DNA of 63,190 bases, filler included, from Octopus bimaculoides (GCF_001194135.2; 8 parts of 7 records of this genome joined end to end with filler, not necessarily neighbours in it), one strand, 5' to 3'. Shown: positions 51,412 through 63,190, counted from the whole stretch's first letter. Notes: generated from the sequence alone by a model not told the origin. Numbers and translations: made by a program.

Positions 51412-52068
51412 ATAAGAATTAAGATATAAACTCAAATTAGGCAATCATACTCATACATTTATAAATTCGACTTAAAATGCGTATTCATATATTAATACAT
51501 ATCGACACATGAATATTTTCTTTTTAAATATTTAGAAATGCTTGAAAATAAAACTTAAGTGGGATCCGTATGGAAGGAAGTGTGAAAAAAAAGTGTCAAG
51601 AATGTGATTTTATGAGAATACCCTTCCTGATGAAGGGGACATTGTCCGCGTCGTTTGTAAGATTTTTTTAAACCTTTTCTGCCGGGACATGGACTCTGGA
51701 AACGGCCGTAGAAAGTGGACTTCCTTGAACTGTATTATATACCTTATATACCATTTATATAATTAAAAAAGAAAAGACATAGAACTCTATGGATCTTTTA
51801 ATTGAAACTCTTAACCGCTCTTAATTTTAGTACAAAGAAAATTTTTATCACTTCTCTTTTTCTCACACTTCTTTCCATACGTATCCCACATGGGTTTTAT
51901 TTACATGCATTTTTATGTATATTTGTATATTTATATTTGTGTTTTTTAAATATTTTTTTTAATAGTCATATGTGTCGATATGTATTAATATATGAATACG
52001 CATTTTAAGGCGAATTTATAACTGTATGAGTATGATTGCCTAACTTGAGTCTATATCTTAATTCTTAT
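51412..52068. repeat. Inverted repeat (arms about 185 and 220 bp) enclosing a hammerhead
   Basis: ataagaattaagatat..ctcaa.ttaggcaatcatactcataca...gtgtga at 51412-51595 is mirrored at about 51850-52068, with substitutions and an indel. Confidence 0.88.
51622..51715 (+). ncRNA. Type I hammerhead ribozyme motif with expanded stem II
   Basis: ccttc CTGATGA a gggg...ctct g GAAAC ggcc GTA gaaag. Palindromic stem III ACGGCCGT, stem I ttc/gaa; stem II about 65 nt with internal tgtcc/ggaca pairing. Confidence 0.65.
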
Positions 52069-52124
52069 ATTTTGTCTCAGGTTCGACCCGAACACTTCTT
52101 AAGCAGTTCCACATATATATATAT

Positions 52125-52290
52125 ATGGAGTGGCTGTGTGGTAAGTAGCTTCCTTACCAACCACATAGTTCCGGGTTCATTCCCACAGCGTGGCACTTTG
52201 GGCAAGTGTCTTCTAATATAGCCTCGGTACAACCAAAGTCTTGTGAGTGGATTTGGTAGACGGAAACTGAAAGAAGCCCGTCGTATGTAT
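52125..52290 (+). mobile_element. SINE 5' half (same family as 14631)
   Basis: gtggctgtgtggtaagtagcttccttaccaaccac...ttgggcaagtgtc...gatttggtagacggaaactgaaagaagcccgtc. Confidence 0.85.
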
Positions 52291-52291
52291 G

Positions 52292-52340
<49 letters not shown>

Positions 52341-52444
52341 NNNNNNNNNNNNNNNNNNNNNNNNNNNNNNNNNNNNNNNNNNNNTTAATTAATTAANNNN
52401 NNNNNNNNNNNNNNNNNNNNNNNNNNNNNNNNNNNNNNNNCATC

Positions 52445-53040
52445 CAGTTTGTTACTAGGCTCATTGAAGTTTAATAAAAATCTATAATTGAATGGCTAGG
52501 GCCCTTAGAAGGAGTCCACATATATAATCAATATATTTTCCTTTAACAGCCAAATGAAATAACCCATCCATTTTCTTTTGATCACCCTAAACACTACCAA
52601 GTTCAACGTTAATGGTCAAGAGATGGAAATTGACAACAGATAGATTGTGCCCTACAACCCATTGCTGTCTAAAACATTGCAGGCCCATGTTAACGTTGAG
52701 GCATGCAACTCTGTAAAAAGTATTAAATATGTATGTAAATAATCATTAAGGGCTCAGATATGGCGGTTTTTGGACATAGGCAGGCTGGCAGATGAAATTC
52801 AGCAATATAAGTTGTGCGGGTATATTTCCTCTAACGAGGGCTTCGAAACCCACGAGCGGCATCCAACAGTGGTGAATCTATGTGAACATCTTGAAAATGG
52901 CCAGCGTGTATATTTCACAGAAAACAAAGCTCGAAACGTAGTTCTGAATCCACCAGAAATCACTTTGACCGATTTCTTCAAATTATGTCAATGTAATCTG
53001 TTTGCCCGAACACTGTTGTATGTTGAGGTTCCCGTGTACT
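52445..53040 (+). mobile_element. Helitron Rep/helicase fragment
   Basis: IDNR*IVPYNPLLSKTLQAHVNVEACNSVKSIKYVCK..KGSD, DEIQQY...YISSNE and HERHPTVVNL..HLENGQRVYF..TLTDFFKLC..ARTLLYVEVP. Bounded by gaps. Confidence 0.92.
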
Positions 53041-53609
53041 NNNNNNNNNNNNNNNNNNNNNNNNNNNNNNNNNNNNNNNNNNNNNNNNNNNNNNNNNNNN
53101 NNNNNNNNNNNNNNNNNNNNNNNNNNNNNNNNNNNNNNNNNNNNNNNNNNNNNNNNNNNNNNNNNNNNNNNNNNNNNNNNNNNNNNNNNNNNNNNNNNNN
53201 NNNNNNNNNNNNNNNNNNNNNNNNNNNNNNNNNNNNNNNNNNNNNNNNNNNNNNNNNNNNNNNNNNNNNNNNNNNNNNNNNNNNNNNNNNNNNNNNNNNN
53301 NNNNNNNNNNNNNNNNNNNNNNNNNNNNNNNNNNNNNNNNNNNNNNNNNNNNNNNNNNNNNNNNNNNNNNNNNNNNNNNNNNNNNNNNNNNNNNNNNNNN
53401 NNNNNNNNNNNNNNNNNNNNNNNNNNNNNNNNNNNNNNNNNNNNNNNNNNNNNNNNNNNNNNNNNNNNNNNNNNNNNNNNNNNNNNNNNNNNNNNNNNNN
53501 NNNNNNNNNNNNNNNNNNNNNNNNNNNNNNNNNNNNNNNNNNNNNNNNNNNNNNNNNNNNNNNNNNNNNNNNNNNNNNNNNNNNNNNNNNNNNNNNNNNN
53601 NNAATTTAT

Positions 53610-53640
<31 letters not shown>

Positions 53641-54044
53641 ACGGACTCTCGAAGGCGACGTATGACTGTTTAGCTTTTGCCGAACGACCTGTACAAATGA
53701 TTTCTTTATAGGGATCAAATATTCGTGCCGGACATTATCTCACTATCTCCATCAAATCGACGTTGACTGAAAAGGGGCTGAAGTAACGGCAGACGATTCT
53801 GAGTTCAAATTTCGCCGAGGTCGACTTTGCCTTTCATCATTTCTGGGTCAATTAAATAAGTACCAGAAACACACTGGGGTCGATGTAATCGACCTAATCC
53901 CTTTGTTTGTTCTTGCTCGTCCCCTCTAAGTTTAGCCCCTTGTAGGCAATAAAGAAATAATAATGTTTTGATGAAGTATCATGTTTTGATGAAGTATATA
54001 TATATATATAAATATATATATCGATGTCAGCGACTAACTTTCTC

Positions 54045-54540
54045 CTACAAATTTCAGGCATTGTGTCTATTCTAGAAACACTATCGCAGAAGAGACAATT
54101 CAACAAAAGCTCTTAAACAACACCGGTCGCAATGCGGTTCCAATTCTATCTTGATCGTGCCATTATTTTCCATCTTGGCACAAACTGTTTAACGAGATCG
54201 CCTTCCCAACATCGTGAAGGCCGTCCAAGCAGCCTTCCTTTCTCCGATCTCTTGCATATCACTCAGTAACTGCATCGGTTCACCGGTTGTCTGTGAAGCT
54301 TGCGACTTCCCCGGTCCAGTGGAACTTGTGCTTTCGGTATTCTGCGACCGCATCGTTCACTCTGCACTATTCTCGAATTATCTCATTTCGATTATGTTCT
54401 AATAATGATAATCCGAGCATGGATCTTTCCATGGCCCTCTGCGTCGTAACCATATTCTGTAGTTCATATCTCGGCATCGATAAAACGATAATATACCAGT
54501 CAAGTGTTGAAACCGATGGCAGTGTCTAACGTCCATCCAC
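54045..54540 (-). mobile_element. RTE-clade LINE C-terminal fragment
   Basis: TTQRAMERSMLGLSLLEHNRNEIIRE*CRVNDAVAEYRKHKFHWTGEVASFTDNR*T. Confidence 0.85.
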
Positions 54541-55171
54541 AAATTTCATGTTTTGTGAATATTCTAGAAACAATTGTTATTAAATCAAGTTGGATTGGCA
54601 ATACTGCATCCACCCTTTATTGTCTTCTCATCAAATCTTACAACCGATATCTTTAAAAACCACTCCCTCGACATTTTAGAAGAGCTTTAGACTCACCAAC
54701 AAACAGAATTAATTATTCTAAATTTTGCCACTAAGTGTAAACGGTAACTTTGTATTTACATAGCAAAGTGGTATTGAGCGAGAAATAAGTATTTAATGAG
54801 TGTTGTGAAAATACAAATATTTATTATGCGTCAATTGTACGAGTATCAATCACACTTATTAAACGTTGTACAATTCTTAAGTGGTATTTCCCTCCCCCAC
54901 CAGCAACAGATTCAGCACCAACAACAACAACAACACGCAACTGTTTTTCTTCCGTACATGAGGATGTAATTATAATATATATGTTCATGATAACTATATA
55001 TATATATATTTGTTTTGCAAGATTTGACAAAATGGCTGATAGTTAGCAAGGTGAGACACACATAAGAAAGANNNNNNNNNNNNNNNNNNNNNNNNNNNNN
55101 NNNNNNNNNNNNNNNTTAATTAATTAANNNNNNNNNNNNNNNNNNNNNNNNNNNNNNNNNNNNNNNNNNNN

Positions 55172-55241
<70 letters not shown>

Positions 55242-55244
55242 GCA

Positions 55245-55282
<38 letters not shown>

Positions 55283-55292
55283 TACATATATG

Positions 55293-55326
<34 letters not shown>

Positions 55327-55798
55327 TGTTGGCTTCAAATTTCAGTTCAAGGCCAGCAATTTCAGGGAGAAGGTGAGACGATTACATTGACCCCCAGTAG
55401 TAAACAGGTACTTATTTTATCGACTCGGTGGGGTAGACGGCAAAGTCGATCTCAGCGAAATTTGAACTCCGAACGAAAAGATGAACGAAATGTCACCAAG
55501 CGTTTTGTCCGGCGTGCTAACGATTCTGCCAGCTCGCGGCCTTTTATATTAATAAACAGTTTGCCTCTCAGGACCTTTATAGTTTCGTGGGCGGGTAGGA
55601 CGGGCCCATCCCCTACTAAATGTGTTGAGCATCGCTTTCTTTCGTTTGACCACACACACACGTGGATACAGGCACAAATACACACACCTGCACACGTAGA
55701 CACATACACACAAACATATCTGAAGAGAGCAACGTAATGGCTGTCACGTAGACATCAAGAATGGAACTGGAACCGTGACGATAGAAATGTCTGCTTAC

Positions 55799-55895
55799 CT
55801 GCCTCTTGCACTTGAATCCAGTCCCGAATCTTCTTTAATTTCTGGACGGTCATCTCAAGAATTTCAGCTTTTTCGAATTTAGACACGTGACTGTT
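55799..55895 (-). CDS. Internal coding exon of a Hes/Hey/Helt-type bHLH transcription factor (loop end and helix 2)
   Basis: Acceptor tttttcttttttgtatattctacag and donor CAG|GTAAGC. 97 nt, phase 0 to phase 1, encoding NSHVSKFEKAEILEMTVQKLKKIRDWIQVQEA, which matches the family KLEKA(D/E)ILEMTV motif. Other exons were not found. Confidence 0.85.
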
Positions 55896-56156
55896 CTGTA
55901 GAATATACAAAAAAGAAAAATCTTCAAAATTCGATGCAAGTTCTCAAAGATGGTCATCGCTGCTGCATTATAGACCCCTGTGCATGTTAACGCACTGGCC
56001 CCTTTATTTATTTACTCAGTGAGACATTAAACACCTACATACTTAGATTAGAATTGGGTCCCTAAACTTGTGATGTAAAAACGGATGAAATGTTGCTAAG
56101 CATTTTATCCGGCGTGCTAACGATTCTGCCAGCTCACCATAATAATATTCATGTCC

Positions 56157-56761
56157 GGTAAGTTCACCGTCATCAATTCACCGGTTTTTTTTTGGTGGGG
56201 GGGGGGGGNNNNNNNNNNNNNNNNNNNNNNNNNNNNNNNNNNNNNNNNNNNNNNNNNNNNNNNNNNNNNNNNNNNNNNNNNNNNNNNNNNNNNNNNNNNN
56301 NNNNNNNNNNNNNNNNNNNNNNNNNNNNNNNNNNNNNNNNNNNNNNNNNNNNNNNNNNNNNNNNNNNNNNNNNNNNNNNNNNNNNNNNNNNNNNNNNNNN
56401 NNNNNNNNNNNNNNNNNNNNNNNNNNNNNNNNNNNNNNNNNNNNNNNNNNNNNNNNNNNNNNNNNNNNNNNNNNNNNNNNNNNNNNNNNNNNNNNNNNNN
56501 NNNNNNNNNNNNNNNNNNNNNNNNNNNNNNNNNNNNNNNNNNNNNNNNNNNNNNNNNNNNNNNNNNNNNNNNNNNNNNNNNNNNNNNNNNNNNNNNNNNN
56601 NNNNNNNNNNNNNNNNNNNNNNNNNNNNNNNNNNNNNNNNNNNNNNNNNNNNGAAAGGGCGACGTCTTTTTATCGTTACTATATATATATATATTTTTTT
56701 CTTTGTAAACTTTCCTCGTGGTGAACTTTCTACACGGTGAATTGATGGCGGTAAACTTACC
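56157..56761. mobile_element. Putative TIR element spanning a gap
   Basis: ggtaagttcaccgtcatcaattcaccg (56157-56183) is mirrored by cggtgaattgatggcggtaaacttacc (56735-56761); the interior is mostly N. Confidence 0.55.
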
Positions 56762-57652
56762 TGTAATCAGTAATATTATTCTTAATAATTCCTAACGTAG
56801 ACAATATTTCACATATTTTAGAGGTGTTGCGGGGGTGGGGAAGTATTGCCACTTAAATTGTTCTCGCCTTGACCGCGACTTAAATTTAGTGACCCCACCC
56901 CCTCTTCAATTGCCCCGAGATGAGGGATTAAGAGCAAATTCCATGATTGACTGATTATGAATGAAGACGAATAGTTGAGATTTTTTTCTTGTAGCCCTCT
57001 ATCTAAGATTAAAAACTGTTAATTATCGGCAATTCTGAACCATTGATTCACAGACACACACAAGTAAACAGACAAACAAACAAACATACACAAACACAAA
57101 GAAGGTGTCATGTTAACAATGAAAGCAGAAAACGGTCATTGAATTAAGCTATGTCCACGCCGATAAAATATTGCAGAGAATGATGGATTTAAACAAATAT
57201 GAAGGATTAAAACAAATCTCTAAAGTATTTGAGAAATCGCTCAAAAGAAAAGAGGATAAAGACGATATAAAACGTTAACGCTATTGTTAATGGCAGAACA
57301 CAAATATTGGCAGCCATATTGGATCAGTACATCATTGCTCTGTCACGTGTAGATTATAATTTATGTACAGGGTGAGCGATTATCAAGGAAGTGGATTAGT
57401 TGGTCGATATCATTAAAGTCCAGTACTTGACTGGTATTCTGCCATTTGGCGACCCGAGAGAGATAAAGAAGAAAAAAATGGCAATGCTGACCACGGTGTG
57501 ATTTAAACTCAGAGCGTAAAAGAGCCGGAAGAATGCTACGCGGGGTCGATCAAATAAGTACTATTGAAACACTGGTGTCGATGTAATTGACTAGTCCCCC
57601 CCCCAAAAAAAAATTTCAGGCCTTATGCCTTTAATAGAAAGGATTATTATTC

Positions 57653-57714
<62 letters not shown>

Positions 57715-57880
57715 AATAGTAGTAATAGCAGCAGCAACTGTTATTCCTGCTTTATTACTACTACTACTACTACTACTACTNNNNNNNNNNNNNNNNNNNN
57801 NNNNNNNNNNNNNNNNNNNNNNNNTTAATTAATTAANNNNNNNNNNNNNNNNNNNNNNNNNNNNNNNNNNNNNNNNNNNN

Positions 57881-57933
<53 letters not shown>

Positions 57934-58337
57934 ATTCTTTCACCACAACTTTCTCTCACCCTTACTTGCTGTTTCTGTTGTGCCTGTAATTCAAAGGGTC
58001 AGCCTTGTCACACTCTGTGTCACGCTGAATTTCCCCGAGAACTACGTTAAGGGTACACGTGTCTGTGGAGTGCTCAGCCACTTGCACGTGATTTTATACA
58101 CAGTGAGATATATGGTAGATCACAAATAGACATGCCTGCATCAAAATTTAAACGTATAAGCATATAACTACATATACATACACAAAGAGATAAAGAGACG
58201 TGTATATATGGCATACACACATGAATGCTTATATACTATATATGCATGTAAATGTGTGTGTGTGTGTATCTATATGTATATACTATTTTTATACTATTTA
58301 ATGTACTATTTATATATAGAATGTAAGTTTGTACTGG

Positions 58338-58393
<56 letters not shown>

Positions 58394-59093
58394 CGCACGC
58401 ACAAATATGCACACATACACATACACACACATAAGCGAGCACACACACGCACACACACACACAAACACACATACACTAAGTAAAAGTTTAAGTTTTTTTT
58501 TTTTACTTCAATAAAACACAAGTAAGGCCGCCATTCATATATTCATATTGCAATATTCGCATGTTAGCTCCGCAGATGAATCATCCGATTCTGATTGTGT
58601 ATGAAGTTTTCATCAGTAGCCGGCTTCTCATACACACATCCCAAAACGGCCGAAACACTCGTAAGTCTACTCTGTGTGTGGTGGGGGTGGCGCTCGTGTG
58701 TGTAAATTAACGAGTAGTTTATTGTATGCCGCACGCAATAAATTTCCAATTTATTGAAATTTCTATCTGAGTTGGAAGCAGAAAACAAAACCTAACAACC
58801 ATTATTAGCGATTCTCTATGTTAAGGGGAAATAAACTCAAATAATTACGAATAAATTTTTCAAGAGTAATTTTTCAAGTCTAGGAAATGAGAATCTGATT
58901 TTTGCACGCAATAATCATACGTTTCGGACTATTTTGCTTCGTCACCAGTCAACAGTAGGACCTAGCCTGCAAGTAAGTTGATACGGAAAATGGCCAGTTT
59001 CGACTAGGCCGACATGCATAAATCGGAAATAACATGCCGTGACGTCATTCAGCAACGTCCAGGCAACAGCTGAATGGCAAACACACACACGCA

Positions 59094-59125
<32 letters not shown>

Positions 59126-59301
59126 CACACACATNNNNNNNNNNNNNNNNNNNNNNNNNNNNNNNNNNNNNNNNNNNNNNNNNNNNNNNNNNNNNNNNNN
59201 NNNNNNNNNNNNNNNNNNNNNNNNNNNNNNACACTTACACACACACACACACACATACACACACATACATATACAGACACACATACACACACACATACAT
59301 A

Positions 59302-60140
59302 CAGGCACCACAGAAGTAAATAGACACCCCATGAAACATTGCTTTATGTTTATTCTAACTTGTAAAGTTTTATATCTTTTTACTAATTGACATTTTTATG
59401 TCTCAGGTTCTATATGTGACTGTTTAATCATGCCATGTACAAAAGAAGCCTTGGAACTGTCTGAATTTCAAAGAGGCCGTATTGTGGGTCATTCTGAAGG
59501 TGGACATAGACAGCGTAAAATCGCAGAAAACCTTGGGATCCCACTTTCTACAGCTAATAGTGATTGTGCAATTCACCAGAGAGGGGAAGGAGCCCACATC
59601 ACTTCGCCCAGATCAACCAGGGCCTTCTGACAAGACCCTTCTCTTTGTTAAGAGAAGTGAGGAGGATAATCCTCGTTGCAAGGCCTCTCACACAGCAGAA
59701 CAAGTTGTTGTCAGTCCCAGAACAGCTGTCAGGTATCTCCACAAACTCGGTTACTGTGGCAGAGCAGCAAAAAGGAAGCCATTTCTTCGACCAGCCAATA
59801 TCAAGTAGAGAAGGATTGGACCAGTGAGATGGTGGAGAGGCCACTAGCATTTTGGGACACTGTAATATTCTCTGATGAGTCCAGATTTGCTGTATTTCCT
59901 AACAGTAGTCGAGTGTGGATCTGGAGACTCTGTGATGAAGAATTTGATTTGAAAATATTGCAGCCAACAATGAAACACGGCAACTATTCTGTGATGGTCT
60001 AGGGAACAATTTGGGACAACGGTTGATCAGGGCTGGTGGAGTGGGAGGGAAACATAAACACGGATAAATATGTGTCCATATTGCAGAAAGGACTCCTTAC
60101 AATCTTCTCCAGTGGTGAAATGATTAAAGAAGACTCTTTA
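59302..60140 (+). mobile_element. Tc1-family transposon, left TIR present, 3'-truncated (same family as 40083)
   Basis: TA+caggcaccacagaagtaaatagacaccc; MPCTKEALELSEFQRGRIVG..IFSDESRF..PTMKHG. Confidence 0.9.
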
Positions 60141-60419
60141 TTTATGGAAGGCTGGATGAACGAACCTAGCTCGTCAAGCATTTATATACGGAGTAGCAGT
60201 AAGATGCCTGGCGAGTTAGGTTCCTTCTAGGAGCCTACGAAACTTTAAGTGACGTGGAACTGAGTCACATTGTCTGCTCAATCGTACATACGCATATGTG
60301 TGTGTGCGCGCGTGTACGTGTGCGCATGTGTGTGTGTACGTGTGTGTATACAAGGCAATTAAAATAAAGATGGAGAGTAGCATATCTACACAGTTTTTAT
60401 TATTACAATCATTTATACG

Positions 60420-60950
60420 GTATATTCGCTTGAAACTCTGCCCGACATATGTTTCTGATGCATAGATATCTTGCTATGAGGTGTTCATTTGCATCCTGTT
60501 GGTTCAGCCACATCTAGATTTTATCCTGGTTAAAAACGTATCCCGTAGCTTTATTCAAGATGTCGCTACTATTAAAGTTTGAAGCGAACTGGAGTGTAAT
60601 GGTTTTGGCAGTCCGATATTTTTGGTAGAAGACAATCTGTGTTGAGTGCAAAAAATATGAGAGATAGTAGGGAGAAATATGATATGAAATATGGCTATAA
60701 AATTCGTTATCAGATCGAACCTAGGATGATAGGATGACCCTAAGGTTTAGATACAGAATTATAAGGCCCAGTACCAAAGTAGGTCAAAATATATTGCATC
60801 CAGTGAAATGGATAGAAATAATGTATAAATTTCTAAGTTCATTTTAAGTCTTAGATACGCACTCCCTAAACTGTTTATAATCCAAGGAAACGAACTCAGG
60901 ATTTATCCATTGGATAAACATTTTTGAGATTGTTTACCTTAAATAGTCCC
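60420..60950 (-). mobile_element. Possible decayed Penelope-like linker/GIY-YIG remnant
   Basis: Weak minus-strand pieces KTITLQFASNFNSSDILNK and SETYVGQSFKR in different frames. Confidence 0.3.
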
Positions 60951-61011
60951 AGGTTATTCCATATCACTCGATGCAGTTAACCAGACCCTGGATTATACGA
61001 CAGTGCTTGAA

Positions 61012-61086
<75 letters not shown>

Positions 61087-61201
61087 TATATATATATATA
61101 TNNNNNNNNNNNNNNNNNNNNNNNNNNNNNNNNNNNNNNNNNNNNTTAATTAATTAANNNNNNNNNNNNNNNNNNNNNNNNNNNNNNNNNNNNNNNNNNN
61201 N

Positions 61202-61236
<35 letters not shown>

Positions 61237-61325
61237 TACACTAGCATATACATACCTATACATATGTATGTGTGTGTGGTGTGCGTTATTGTGTGCATAT
61301 ACAGAGATATCCACGTATACATACG

Positions 61326-61360
<35 letters not shown>

Positions 61361-61604
61361 CTATATGTCTCTGTGTGTGTGTTTATCTTTTAATGAGATA
61401 AAATACATAATTCATTGAAAAATAATGAACGAGACTGTCTGGTATTGATAACAGAAAAGCTATACAAAAATATGTCAAGTTGAATCTTTTGAAAGAGAGC
61501 ACCGTGTGTACGTTGGTTACTGAACATAATATTACATATAGTGTGAGTGTGTATATATGTGTATATGCATCAGTATATGTATGTATCGTTTATCTTTCAT
61601 CTTC

Positions 61605-61790
61605 CGCTTCTTTCAGTCATTAGACGACGGCCATGCTGGGGCACCGCCTTGAAGAATTTTTACTCGAATTAATCTATTACAGCTTTTGTTGTTTATTTTT
61701 TAGAGCCTGGTATTTATTCGATCGATATCTTTTGCCGGAGCGTTAAGTTATTCGGAGGTAAACACGCCAACACCTGTTGTCAAGCGGTGT
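61605..61790 (-). mobile_element. SINE 3' half (same family as 14631)
   Basis: tttcagtcatt...gccatgctggggcaccgccttgaag...taaacacgccaacacctgttgtcaagcgg. Confidence 0.75.
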
Positions 61791-62861
61791 TTGAAGCAAC
61801 CAAAGTCACTCACAAAACTATGGCAAAAGTGCTTGCTCTGTCGGTGTTGTTTAGTCCTAATTAGTTTCTGAATGAGTAAGCCTCTAATTAAACCCTTCCA
61901 TTTGTGACCAGCAAGACTTTTATTTTGACAGTCAATCCGAGTCCTGAGAACTTCTGAAGGGCAGCTGACATGTAGTGACGGGTCACCTTTAACGAAGATT
62001 TTCGGTTGATTCGAATTGACCACAGCTCGACAGGAGTTAAATTTGTGGTTACTCTTATCTCGGATGAGGTGGAGGTTGGGATAACAGAGTTCTGAACAAT
62101 CTCGAGAACAATCTTAATCGATAAGAACCAACCGCTTTACTAATAACCTTCTCAAAAAATTTCTCGAAAAATTTAATAAACGTCCTTCCCTTGGCATCCT
62201 TTTTCAGCAACACCATTACGCAGAGAAATGAGTATTGTTCCATACGCTTGCTATTGCAATATAAGTTCGCCAGGAGGTCGGTGATCAAATCTGGCGAATA
62301 TACATAAAGTTCAAAGGACAAACCTTAAAAACAAAGCAATTTGCTATTTACATAACCACTTATTGCTATTCTTTATCTCAACTGCTGTTATTGACTTTTC
62401 ACAACACTCGACAACTTCTACGTGAACCACAGTAGGCCATTGATGAAATACGAAAATCCACAATCTTCTCAGTCTCACCACTCGCCCAGAAAGTCCGGTA
62501 AAGTGCTGACGGAAGCCTTACATATCTGCTTGGAATCGTGTACAATAATACTAAGCTGACTGTCCCGGTTAATTAAAAATCATAGCGTAGTTTTGTTTTC
62601 GAGTCATGCCTCTGCTCCCACTGGGTCCACTGAACGTCCCTCTTTCTTTCGTATTTTACGTTGAAGGAATGGGTGAGAGGTACTTTCGCTGCTAGTACGT
62701 CGATCGCAATGCCTTTCTTCACCACCATTTCCAATTTACTTACTACCTCGTCCTTAAATCTATTATTCTCTATCATTGCTTATTTTTAGAGAATAAATAG
62801 AGCAAAATCGATATGGTTTAGAACATCTGTCACCAGTTATTAATGAACCACATCAACCACT

Positions 62862-63190
62862 GCCTGGCTAAGAGCTCTGCGCACAGGAACATTGAATTTA
62901 GCTTTCAGTAACCCGGGTCCCATACTATAAATCCTATCTCGCCTGGCTAGCTCACTAAGAGCTCTGCGCGTAGGAACATTGAATTTAGCTTTCAGTAATC
63001 CGGGTCCCATACTATAAATCCTATCTCGCCTGGCTAGCTCACTAAGAGCTCTGCGCGTAGGAACATTGAATTTAGCTTTCAGTAACCCGGGTCTCATACT
63101 ATAAATCCTATCTCGCCTGGCTAGCTCACTAAGAGCTCTGCGCGTAGGAACATTGAATTTAGCTTTCAGTAACCCGGGTCCCATACTATG
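62862..63190. repeat. 87-bp tandem repeat, about 3.8 copies, running off the window end
   Basis: Units start at 62941, 63028 and 63115; the first copy at 62862 lacks 8 nt. Only a few substitutions between units. Confidence 0.97.

Noticed and set aside
10-61153. ORF-track peptides rich in IY, HT, CV, MYVC, poly-I/L or X
   Set aside because: Translations of microsatellites and N gaps.
13103-61157. TTAATTAATTAA recurring seven times
   Set aside because: Always centred in a 100-bp N gap; a scaffolder linker, not biology.
62862-63190. CRISPR-like array or true tRNA cluster
   Set aside because: No unique spacers, eukaryotic context, and no T arm, B box or 3' acceptor strand.

Overview
AT-rich, microsatellite-dense, gap-ridden eukaryotic draft scaffold. 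The repeat families resemble those of a coleoid cephalopod such as Octopus; that assignment is an inference, not a database hit. Most of the window is decayed transposable elements: tRNA-derived SINEs, RTE, CR1/L2, L1/Tx1 and R4/Dong LINE fragments, Penelope-like elements (PLE), mariner, maT and Tc1 copies, a Helitron fragment and MITEs. The only well-supported host coding sequence is a 97-nt minus-strand exon (55799-55895), missed by the ORF track, encoding helix 2 of a Hes/Hey/Helt-type bHLH. The most interesting structure is a set of type I hammerhead ribozyme motifs (3911, 19805, 39139, 51622, plus decayed copies). All have a palindromic stem III with co-varying centres and a purine-purine pair at the base of stem II. 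Two sit in long fold-back elements, and one 365-bp hairpin carries a hammerhead motif in each polarity. Also present are a third fold-back element, a direct-repeat-bounded element and an 87-bp tandem array whose unit begins like tRNA-Lys. Most ORFs in the track are translated microsatellites or N-runs. TE boundaries are by eye and approximate unless a TSD or TIR is quoted.
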